Of a DNA stretch of 64,000 bases, positions 54,453-64,000 are shown piece after piece. Location of the stretch: contig OZ218959.1 of the NCBI GenBank assembly GCA_965112735.1, positions 1,488,001-1,552,000 on the forward strand, given 5' to 3'. The translations under genes were made by a program, and so were the position numbers. The notes under the pieces are model-generated. The model saw only the letters and a list, made by a program, of their open reading frames with translations. It was not told the origin of the DNA and searched no databases. This stretch comes from Phaeosaccion multiseriatum (Eukaryota; Protista; Ochrophyta, other classes). How positions within the stretch are numbered: the first letter of the stretch is position 1; every line of letters begins with the position of its first letter.

Positions 54453-56133
54453 ATGCTGTGGGGGTGCGCCTTGAGTGCGGTCTCGGAGGCTACCGAACAC
54501 AACACTTGTACTCTGCTGCGGCGGCGGTGACGACTGCTGCTGCTGCTGTATCACCACCTGCTCCTGCTCACTCTCCACCCCTCCTCCACTGGTGCTGCCG
54601 CTGCCGTCCCTTCTTGCCGCGGTGCCGGCTCCAGCATCACCAACTGCCACGGCGTTGTCACTGCTTGAGCTGCTACTATCCGCCGCCGTCGCAGCGGGCT
54701 CACGAGAGGAAGTGGCCTCTTGGGTACTGGCGACTGCGTCTCCTGCCGCATCACCAACGGCTGCCCCTGCTCCTGCCGCCCCTCCTCCCGAGCTCTGTTG
54801 AAGGTAGGAGAAAATAGTGCCCGAGCTCAGGACGGTAGCGTAGGAGGGAGCTCCCTCCACACCGGGGACCCTGGGTGCTGCTGCTGTATCACCAACTGCT
54901 GCTTCCGCGCTTCCTCCTTCTTCCCCTCCCCCCTCTCCGGCGGCAGCGGTGACAGTGGCTGTGCCCAGGGGGGCTGTGCCCGAGGAAGCGGTGGCGCCGG
55001 CTGCGACATTCGCGGCACCTCCTCCTCCTCCTCCTCCTCCTCCTCCTCCTCCTCCTCCTCCTCCTCCTGCTGCTCCTGTTCCTGCTCCTCCCGTTCCTGC
55101 TCCTCCCGTTCCTGCTCCTCCTCCTCCTCCTCCTCCTCCTCCTCCTCCTCCTCCTCCTCCTCCTCCTCCTCCCTCATCTTGTTCAATCTCGGCCACTGTC
55201 AGGGCCCTTGTCGGCGCCGTTCTTGTCGCTGCTGCTAACGAGGACAACAGAAAGCACGCCCGCGCAAACGGGTAGCGCAGCATCACCACCAGCAGCAGCA
55301 GTTGGTGATACACAGCAGGACAAGTGGACATGTGGAAGAGGAGAGGAAGAGATACTCAGATGGCAGTCCACGACACACACCTACGAGGTCTCGTCTGCTT
55401 CCCTCACAGGTCACAGATGGATCAGAAGCAATTCTATCTCTCTTGCCGTGTGGTGCCCCTCCCTCTCTCCCTCCCTTCCTTCCTTCCTTCCTTCCTTCCT
55501 TCCTTCCTCCCTTCCTTCCTTCCTTTCCTTTCCTTTCCTTTCCTTCCTTCCTCCCTTCCTTCCGTGCCTTCTTTCCTTCCTTTCCTTCGGCTTTCGCTCC
55601 GCCCACTGACCTTACCACCCACCCGTCATCACAACCCTCCTCCGCCTCTCACCTGTATCACCAACAGCAACAGCAGTAGAGCCCTGTCCTGCGCCACTCG
55701 CCTCCCGTATGCCTGCATCACAGCCCACCGAACCTCCCTGGCCCTGTATCACCAACTTCTCCTCCTCCTGCTGCTGTGCAGGGGTGGTGCCCTTCCCCGG
55801 GCTTCCCTCAGCAATATCATTTCCCCCCACGCTCACAGATGGCGCTACCTTCTGCCCCCCGCCGTCTGAGCAGCGGACTTCAGCGCCGTCCCTCCCCGCA
55901 TCCATTCCAGAGCCGCTGGGCAGCTCCACACTAGCAGAGCCAGAAGCGGCAGCGGCAGCAGCAGTTGGTGATACAGCAGCTGCGGCGGTTGTACTCGAGG
56001 TAGGAAACCCCCCCTTAGAAGGGTGGTGGGCACCGTGTATGGGGAGGGAAATACCCTTCCCACCCTTGTCCTTATCTCTGTTCCTGGCGCTTCGATCGAG
56101 CGTGTATACAGGCAGGGAGGAAGCCGCCGCCAT
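41280..56133 (-). CDS. Pumilio/PUF RNA-binding protein, Puf4-like, with long Q/G/S/Y-rich N-terminus. Exons 56133-55653, 55234-54306, 53903-53795, 53300-53215, 52761-52575, 52355-52144, 51951-51640, 51394-51176, 50223-49828, 49045-48969, 46713-46637, 46064-45904, 45472-44492, 44200-44063, 43612-43502, 43320-43261, 42645-42569, 42364-42159, 41374-41280
   Basis: Eight PUF repeats: DQVGCRVLQ, DPFGNYLFQ, NLHGTRSVQ, DANGNHVIQ, HRHGCCVVQ, DPFGNYVVQ, QKFSSNVVE, DQYANYVIQ, then GRRI. All exons are in phase; the N-terminal and last exon boundaries are less certain. Confidence 0.88.
42852..43200. repeat. 49-bp minisatellite x7 (AGATCCATTAGTGTGAGAGAGAATAGAGTCAACACCATCGTGAGGAGAA) in a PUF intron
   Basis: Head-to-tail, near-identical units with period 49 and no spacers. 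Confidence 0.93.
46071..46300. repeat. (GAG)n/(CTC)n tract serving as the pyrimidine tract of a PUF intron
   Basis: About 230-bp perfect run abutting the acceptor at 46065 on the minus strand. Confidence 0.93.
46875..48958. repeat. ~2.1-kb degenerate 8-bp satellite (CACTGCCT/CACTGCAT)n in a PUF intron
   Basis: Octamer periodicity throughout; this is the source of the LPHCLTAS ORFs. Confidence 0.95.
49257..49764. repeat. (CAGT)n/(GGAAGTCA)n satellite in a PUF intron
   Basis: Visible tetranucleotide and octanucleotide runs. Confidence 0.9.
50395..51133. repeat. 27/32-bp minisatellite (GAAGT)2-3-GTACTGATGGAGCGAGT, about 26 copies, in a PUF intron
   Basis: Head-to-tail units that differ only by an extra GAAGT or a T/C swap. 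Confidence 0.95.
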
Positions 56134-57174
56134 AGCCTGGGGGAGACGAGGGGGGCTCGTTCCTCTTTCCTCTTTCCACCGTCGATCAGATCAGGGTCTT
56201 CTCAGGCCCTTCCTTATCTGCAGTCTGTACGTCTGCACCTCCCCCCCCTCCCCGCCGCTCGGGCACACCAATGCGTCCGTCGCACGGTGACCCGCTTGCT
56301 TGGGGAAGAGGAGGTGGAGGAAGGGGAGACTGCGCTTCCGTCCAAGGAGTACTCAGGTACTCTGATTTCGCTCCATAGTGCGGTGTCACGGAAAGTATTG
56401 TCTCTGGCGCTGCCCCTCCGTCTCCCCCGTTCGGGAGAGATGGAAATAAACTGCACAGAAAAACAATGAGGCGCGGTCCAGAGCGGGGGGGGTAGGAGGG
56501 ATGAATAATTAGCACTTCGATAGGAAGAGGTTGAGGCTGGTCCATCATGGTGAGGGAACTAATATAACCCGGGCTTTGGGCGCCCAAAACAAAAAACAAA
56601 TACTGCCGTCTTGAGCGCGCTGAGACAACGAGCAAGCGATAATGTCAGGAAAATTACCATACAAAGCGTGCCTACGTGTTGGAACGGCCGCCACTTCCAA
56701 GTTATTGCCAAACAACGTGGAAGAAAAGCAGATTCGACATCGGCGGCTGGCTTTCTGTGCCTATTGCCCGCAAGCCCTGCCTGCCATTCCGAACCCTTCA
56801 CTGAGAGGCAGGCTCCCTGTACAGGTGACAGGACATCCCGTGTCTATACTCGTCCAATCGGGCTGCTGTGAAAGAACCAGCAATAGCTTGCAGTCCCCTT
56901 TCTTCGTCAGTGCAACCCCTCACAAACAGGAGAGAAATTGTTCCACTTTTGACGAGAAAAATGCGTCTCCACGCCCCCCACCACCGCAGGAGATTCATCT
57001 CCCACAACTCACATGCTTCCCGTCAACACGTAGGCTGTTCGTCGAGCAGTTGCCCCCGCTTTTAACGGTATCAAAATCGCCCCTTGTGTCACCGAATCAG
57101 GGAGACCGTGCCCGCGTTATGAGTTCCAGTTTGGTGTGAAAGCCGAGAGGGGGGTGCATTTGCTTCTCAGGCGA

Positions 57175-57385
57175 CCTGCTTCCTGTTTTGTTTGCTTCTG
57201 GCCGGCGCCAGCCGGCCTGCTTCCTGCTTCTGGCCGGTGCCAGCCGGCCTGCTTCCTGCTTCTAGCCGGCGCCAGCGCCCAGGCAGGTTCCAGGTTCTGG
57301 GGGAAAGCCTTTTAATAAGGCAATGATGAGGGCCAAGGCTGCTTCCTGCTTCCGCGCAGCCGGCCTGCTTCCTGCTTCTGGGCTG
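57175..57385. repeat. GC-rich ~32-bp tandem repeat (CCGGCCTGCTTCCTGCTTCTGGCCGGCGCCAG), ~3 copies plus partial copies, upstream of the PUF gene
   Basis: Units around 57200-57275, with partial copies at 57340-57385. Confidence 0.75.
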
Positions 57386-57613
57386 GCCTGTCTCAGAAGC
57401 ATGTCAGGGGCCGAGGGAAAGGAAAGCACGACACACACATTGGGCCCTCTGGGCCAAAATTACATGCAAGTGAAGCTAATGATGCTTCTATACACATGTA
57501 GCGCATACACCAATAAGAAGGCTTTGACTCCAATGACCCAATGATCGCTTGTACATGTATTGCACCATATCTTTGTTTATTAAATTACTTCAGTAAATTG
57601 TGGAAGGATGGAT

Positions 57614-58095
57614 TCATTCCTCCTCCCCCCAGTTTAGTGTGTCCTCCCAGAAGTCAGAAGAGCCCGGCGGCTCAACCCCACCACCACCAACCCCCTTCTC
57701 GCTTGCCTGTCGCTGCTCCTGAGAGCTGCTGCTTCCACTCCTCTGCTGCTCCATCACGCCTCTCAGCCCTCCTTCGCCCCCCCCCCCAACCCGCCCCCCA
57801 CCCCCGCTTCCCTCCCCTCCTTCTCCCCCGCCTCCCGCCCACTCCCCTCCTCCCCCCGCCCCCCCTCCTTCGGGCTGTGCGTAGTTTAGTGGCTCGTAGG
57901 TCGGCGTTTCGACGGGCTTTTGCAGCTCCTCGTAGTTGTCCCCTGCCGCCACCGTATAATCTTCCTCCAGAAAGGCGATCCACTTGTCTCTCTCTTCCTT
58001 CTGTGCAGGTGTGAGGGCGGCGATACGCGCCGCCTCCTCTCTCTCCTTCCTCTGCAGAGGCAGAACACGTATACATACATACGTACATACATACA

Positions 58096-58129
<34 letters not shown>

Positions 58130-59324
58130 CACATACATCCAAGCAGTACAGCAGATAGAGCAGCGATGAGTGCCTGAATGCCGACAGTCGACGACAGGCA
58201 GGAGGAGCAGGAACCTGTCCATCGATCTAGAGGCCAAACTACACCCATACAACTAGACGCCAAACTATGCCCCTTCAAACCTAGATGCCCCGGGCGCAGG
58301 ACGACCCACAGCATGAATGAGACATTCAAAGAAAGACCCACACATGCGTCCGCACCGTTAACCTCCGACCATATATTGCAACCACCCTCCCGTCCCTCTC
58401 CTCCTCCTCCTCCCCCCCTCCTCCTTCGTACCTCTTCACAGTCGTCCAACGCCCCGTCAGCTTCGGGCTCCCAGCCACCCTCGCCGCCCGTCTGACCTTC
58501 AGGCAGAAACAACTCCTCCTGAATGTTATACCAATCAATCAATCAATCAGCCAACCAACCAACCGACAAATCCATCAATGCGCATGATTGATCAGTGCCG
58601 TCGAGCGATGCCACGGGGTGTCAATGGACGAGACACGCAGATATGAGGGAGTGAGACTGACGGACTGGCAGACTGAGTGACTTCAAAAATTCACTCACCA
58701 ACTTCTTTCTTAAACCCCTCCTTCCCTCCTTCTTTCCCCTCTCCCTTCCTTTCTTCCTTCTCTCCTTTCTTCCTCCCTCCCTTCCCTCCTTCCTTCGTTC
58801 CTGCACTAACCTGCTCCTCGTGGCTCAATGCATCGATCCCCTGAAGCTGAGAGACGTCCATACCAAACTGCTCTGCCACCTTCCTCCCCACCACGGTGCT
58901 GACATCCCCTGCGTCTCTGCGCTGCTTGTCTGCCTCCTCCTCTGCCATGAGTTGGGCGATCCTCGTCTCGAGGTCCTGGCGTTGGAGTTCGAGATCATTC
59001 ACCTCTTTCTGTGGACAGGGTGGACAGTGCTTCAATCAGTCAGTAAGTCAGTGAGTTAGTTAGCTAGTGACTCAAAGAGTGGACACACACCCACCCAAGC
59101 ACACCCACCTACATCCATACACACTGAAGAACACCCACGCACGCACGCACACACGCACATACCCACGCACACTCAAACACACACACCCATCCCCACGCAC
59201 ACCCAAGCGACTCACCCACACTCACTCACTTACACGCACTCATTCACACACTCAATCACACACACACGCAGACACACACACTTACACGCACTCACACACG
59301 CACGTTCACGCACTCACTCTCTCT

Positions 59325-59364
<40 letters not shown>

Positions 59365-62091
59365 TAAACCCAATCGCCACCCTCCGTGCCCACGTGCCTG
59401 CATCTCTGTCCTCGCCCCCGCGCATTCGAGCTGGCGCCGCTTTGTCTCTTCAAACAGGCGCAGCAGCTGCTCCGGACCGGCTGGAGGAGGAGGAGCATCG
59501 CCACCAGAGTCAGCAGAAGAGAGCCCCCCTGGGCCTTGCGCAAGCCCCTCTCCGCCCCCCTCCTCCTCCTCCTCCTCCTCCTTTGCCTCCTCTCTATTCG
59601 TGCGACTGATATCGGTGCCGCCCCGCTCCTTGTCCATGCCCATACCCACAATCTCGACGTCTTGTAGTCTCCCAACCCCCCTTCCTTCCTCTTGCTCGTC
59701 CTCCTCCTCCCCAACCGACGTGATCACAGCGTCAAGTATTTGCCCAGGTCGGATCCTTCGCTTTCTCTGACTGCCTCCTTTCCGCCCCTTCTTCACCTCC
59801 TCCTCCTCCTCCTCCTCCTCCTCCTCTTCGTCTTCCCCACTCCCCTCACGGAAGGTGTAAACAGGGCTGTGACCATCGATTTCTGCTCCTGCAAGTCCTG
59901 CTGCATCACCAACGGCCACGGCTGCTGTATCACCAACTGATGCAGCTGCCATGGCCTCCTTCGCCATCCTGCTTAACTCTCTGGCCAGCAGTCTGTCCTC
60001 ATCTACCCACTCTTGCAGCTCTGCCATTGCCTGATAAGAGAAGCATGATAGAGAAGCAAACACCACACCACCACCACCACCACCACCACCACAAAAACAA
60101 CAACATCAACAAGGGCATAAGGGCATAACACACTGAAACGGAAACGGAAACGGAAACGGAAACGAAATCTGAAACTGAACCTGAAACTGAACCTATACCC
60201 CAAAACTCACCCTGGCCTTGCGAAGGACCACGACCACCTGCTGCAGTCCAAGGTCAGTCCGTGAGGTGCTGATACGCTGCATCTCCGTGTTGGTAAAGAG
60301 GCGGTCAAGCTCCGTGCCTTCCGTACTCCATCCCGCCCACTCCTGTTGCTGTTGCTGTCGCTGGTGTTGCTGCTGCTGCTGTAGACCTGCTTCGCCCTCC
60401 GACCCCACCATCGCCAGCATGTTCGAGCCGCTCGCTGCAGGGCCGCCGCCCGCCGTATCACCAACCGCCAACCCTGCTGCCGCCGCCGCTGCTGCCACTG
60501 CCGCCTCTGCCTCTTCTTGCGGCGTTGGGGGTGTCAGGTACCCCTCGCCAGGCACTCGGGTAAGCAGGAAGGCTTTGAGCTCCGCTGCCTGCATACTCTG
60601 CTTGGCTGTGTCGGGCAGGTCTAGCGGGCGTGTGTGTGGGGGGGTATTGAGAAGACCAAGAAGAAGGGCAAGCGCGCGTGCGTGCGTGTGTGCGTGTGTG
60701 TGGAGGGGTGGAGAGAGGGGAAAGAGGGGGTGGAGGGAGGCCAGCAGCTGGTGATGAGCACAAATTGTGATAGACACACATACATACACACAAACAGCGC
60801 ACACACATACACACACATACACGCCCTCACACATATATGCACGCAAACACACACACGCACACACACACACACACACATACACACACTACAGGTACACTCT
60901 CGTCCCGTCCTCCCTCGCGAGTGGCAACAGAGTGGCAACTGGCCTTGTCTGTCAACCAGGTAGTACTTCAATGAGAGCACGGCAGACGGAGACTTACTCA
61001 GCGTTTCGTCGAAGAGCCACTGCCGCTCAGGAGTAGAGAAGCGATGCTGAGAGACAACAGAGAGGGGCAGAGAGTGGGACACAGAGACGCGGGTTGCGGA
61101 GAAAGAGAGAGAGACAGGAGGGGTGGGTTTGTATTTAGGAATGAATGAATCAATGAATCAATGAATCAATGAATGAATCAATGAATGGGTGCACAAGAGG
61201 AGCGCCACGTAAGAAGAAAGGTGCACTCCACAAGCAAAGCATGCCCCCCCCCCCCCCCCAAATCCCACCTGCTCCCTTTCCACCGTTGCAGTACAGGTGG
61301 CTCGGTACGTCGGGTCCAAGACGATGAGAGAGAGCAGAAACACCTCGGCATACTCCAATGCCTTGTCGTGCCGAGGAACCGCAGGTGAAGCCCCTACTGA
61401 CGAAGCCCTCCTCGCCCCTGCCAAGTGCGGTGGGCCTCGATACTCGACGAGGTCTTGCCAGTGATCCTCGTCCTTTGCCTTCTTCCCCTTCCACCCGCCT
61501 CCCCTGCCGCCCTTCTTGCTGTTGTTGAGGTAACGCTCGGCAAGCTTCTTCGCAGCTCTGCCCTCCGAGTTTCCCTTTACAAGAAGGGGAGAGGAGAAGA
61601 AAGGAAGGGGACCAAAACGGATTAAGGAAAAGTAAATGTCAGCAACCAGGACGGACAAAAGCAGCAGCAACAACACCGTGAGCCATACGTCCTTCTCCCT
61701 GTCTGTCTCCCTCACTCCCTTCTACCCTCCCTCTCCCCATCTCTCTCCCACGCTCGTCACCACTCACCACATGCATCATCTTGCCGCCTTCCACTTCAAT
61801 CACGGTATCGTACCCATTGCTGTCCTTCGTATCACGCTCTCGCTCCCTCGAGACGCCCCCCCCCCCCCACTGCTGCTGCCCCTTCCTCCTGCCCCCCCCT
61901 CCTCCTTCCCACCTCCCGCTCCTTGACCGCATCCTTCTATTGCCATCGCCCTCGCCAGACCGCCCCTTTCAAAGCGCGGAGCACCAACAGCACCGGCAAG
62001 AGGACGGCAGAGGCATATGAGCAGGAAGAAGCACGTCAGGATGAAGTCTCGGCCAGGTCGACCACGCCTTCCTTCTACAGCAGTTGGTGAT

Positions 62092-62128
<37 letters not shown>

Positions 62129-64000
62129 AACGAAACGAAACGAAACGACACAGAACAAGTTGGAACAAGGTGGGGGCAGGAAGGCTGTGGGGTATCATCT
62201 CTGCCTAAGCGACTTCCAACCCCAGCCCAACAGATCAAGGGCAGTGAGAGCAGTTTCAGGAAAGAGACACCAAACCCCCCACGCACACCACACGAGCCAA
62301 CGCTGCCCCCCACCAACCCACCCTACCCTCCACCCACATCCCACCAACCCACCCACACACCCCTCCCACCCACCCATCCGCACCCCCCTTCCCTGCGGGT
62401 GTGTTGGGCCTAGTGTCGATGCCTAAGCTAAGCTACGCTCGACAAAACACAGAGCCACCGTCACAAGACATTCGTCTGGCGATCAAACGAGCCCCCTTTC
62501 TTCCCTCCTCGCCGCCCTCCTTCTCCACCTCCTCCATCGATATCGACATCGATATTTGTATCGATACATACGACATTATAGATAGAGGACATGCCTTGAG
62601 GTTCCACACACCCTCCCTCCCCCGGACCCTAGCCAGGCCCCTTACCTCTGCTGAGCCACCGCCGCCTCTCTCGCCTTCCTCGGCCCCCAACTTCTCTCTC
62701 TTCTCTCTCTCTTCTCTCTCTTCTCGCGCCTTCTGCCACGCCAATCTCCTGTTGTACACAGACAGACACAGGAAAAAACACGAACAAGACAAGTCAGACA
62801 CACGGGGAAGGGTGAAGGTGACGGCAAGATGAAGAGAGGGAGACGGAGAAGGTAAGGGGGGGGGAGAGAGAGACAGGTCAATCCATATACTGTGGGAATA
62901 CTGTTGAACCGAAGGAAGGGATACTACGCCTAGCTTTAGAAGAGGAGTGACGAGTGATCACCCCATGAACCTCTCACTCCCTCCTCCTCCTCCTCCTCCT
63001 CCTCCTCGCCAACACTCACTTGGCTGCCCTCTTCTCCTCCTTATCCCTAACGATGTCCGCCATGTCCATCTCGAGTTGCAAGCGGAGAGAAGTCTTACCC
63101 TGTGCCAGGCTCTCTGCGTACCTGAAAATGTCACGGCCAGGGTGAGGGGTCAGGGTCAGGGTCAGGGTCAATGTGAGGGTGAGGGTGAGGGTGGAGGTGA
63201 GAGTGGGGATGAGGGTGAGGTTGAAGGTGAGGGTGAGTGTGAGTGTGAGGGTGGGGGTGAAGGTTAGGGTGAGGGTGAGGGTGAAGGTGAAGATTAGGGT
63301 GAGGGTGAGGGTGGGCGTGAGGGTGGGCGTGAGGGTGAGAGTGGGGGTGGGGGTAAGGGTGAGGGTGAGAGTGAGGGTGGGGGTGAAGGTGAGGGTGGGG
63401 GTGAGGATAAGGGCATGAGTGAGGGTCGGGGTGAGGGTGAGGGTCAGGTCGGTCAGGGTAGGATCAAGGTCAGGGTGAGGGGCGGGATCAAGGTCAGAGC
63501 CAAGGCCTGGTATGGGACCTCAAGTTACGTTACCGCATTGCATGTCTTTGCACACACACACCCAACCGCCCATCCACCCATCCACCCACCCACCCACCCA
63601 TTGACCTCCAATCCACCCACCCACTGACTTACTTGTAAATGTGGTACGTCCTGTCGGCGGGGTTGATAAGCAGACTCAGGAACTGCGTCAGCTCATCCAC
63701 ACACCTGCGAAACGAAGCCGAGTTACCAGCCATGACCACACTCGGGGCTGTCTCGGTCATACTCTTTGCTGTCTCGGTCACCGTCGGTGCGGCTGCCTCT
63801 GATCCAACACCCTCCCCGGCCTCGCTCGCCCCGTCTTCCGAAGCAGTGGAGGTGGTAGTGCTAGTAGCAGCAGCGGCATTTCCTTCGGCCTCTGATGCAG
63901 CCCCCTCCCCGGCCTTCGATCCAGCCCCCTCTTCCTCCTCACCAGGACCAGCAGCAGCAGTTGGTGATACAGCAGCACTTCCCTCCGCCTTTGATGAGTC
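57614..64000 (-). CDS. dnaG: 3' part of a probable nucleus-encoded plastid DNA primase (cyanobacterial-type DnaG C-terminal region); 5' truncated. Exons >64000-63633, 63121-63020, 62748-62646, (possible micro-exon 61936-61913), 61574-61269, 61046-60998, 60620-60211, 60030-59398, 59008-58811, 58518-58432, 58051-57614
   Basis: FRRCVDELTQFLSLLINPADRTYHIYKYAESLAQG and LEYAEVFLLSLIVLDPTYRA...HRFSTPERQWLF resemble the helical-bundle and DnaB-interaction segments of cyanobacterial DnaG. The Zn-finger and TOPRIM domains would lie outside the window, so the identity is an inference; the gene model itself is phase-consistent. Confidence 0.6.
63141..63480. repeat. Degenerate (TGAGGG)n hexamer array, telomere-like, intronic
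   Basis: TGAGGG/TCAGGG units with two exact TTAGGG (~63263, ~63293). Confidence 0.85.

Noticed and set aside
56186-57544. ORFs upstream of the PUF start
   Set aside because: No recognisable domain or codon-like pattern; consistent with promoter/5' UTR and the 3' UTR of the DnaG-like gene.
61800-62316. Larger coding exon in the DnaG-like gene around 62074-61913
   Set aside because: The phase required by the flanking exons has two stops. Only a 24-nt micro-exon (KDAVKERE, 61936-61913) fits, and it cannot be confirmed without transcripts.

Overview
Intron-rich, GC-rich eukaryotic nuclear DNA saturated with micro- and minisatellites. It is probably from a plastid-bearing stramenopile (ochrophyte); this is inferred from a signal-peptide+Phe presequence, a cyanobacterial-type DnaG C-terminus and a GH128 beta-1,3-glucanase. 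I assembled 13 spliced genes by hand from GT/AG sites and reading-phase continuity: GH128 glucanase with three Cys-rich repeats (5' truncated), VAP, an alpha/beta hydrolase, a putative plastid-targeted coiled-coil protein, a Yar1-like ankyrin/Methyltransf_16 fusion, an unknown low-complexity protein, an ankyrin-repeat protein, a membrane-anchored PFK-2 with a degenerate FBPase-2 site, an SHI/DUS1L-like zinc-finger protein, a TVP15/COPI-associated protein, ketopantoate reductase, a Puf4-like Pumilio protein, and the 3' part of a probable plastid DnaG primase. Most ORFs in the supplied track are satellite artefacts. The strongest unexplained signals are: (1) a dispersed motif GCAGTTGGTGATACAGC present about 35 times in introns, UTRs and exons in several reading frames; (2) a second motif CCATCCACTGCCATCC that recurs just upstream of 3' splice sites, with near-identical intron ends in unrelated genes; (3) introns with G-rich 5' halves and often complementary C-rich 3' halves. 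No tRNA, rRNA, CRISPR array or transposase/RT gene was recognised. All family assignments come from recognising motifs by eye, not from database searches.
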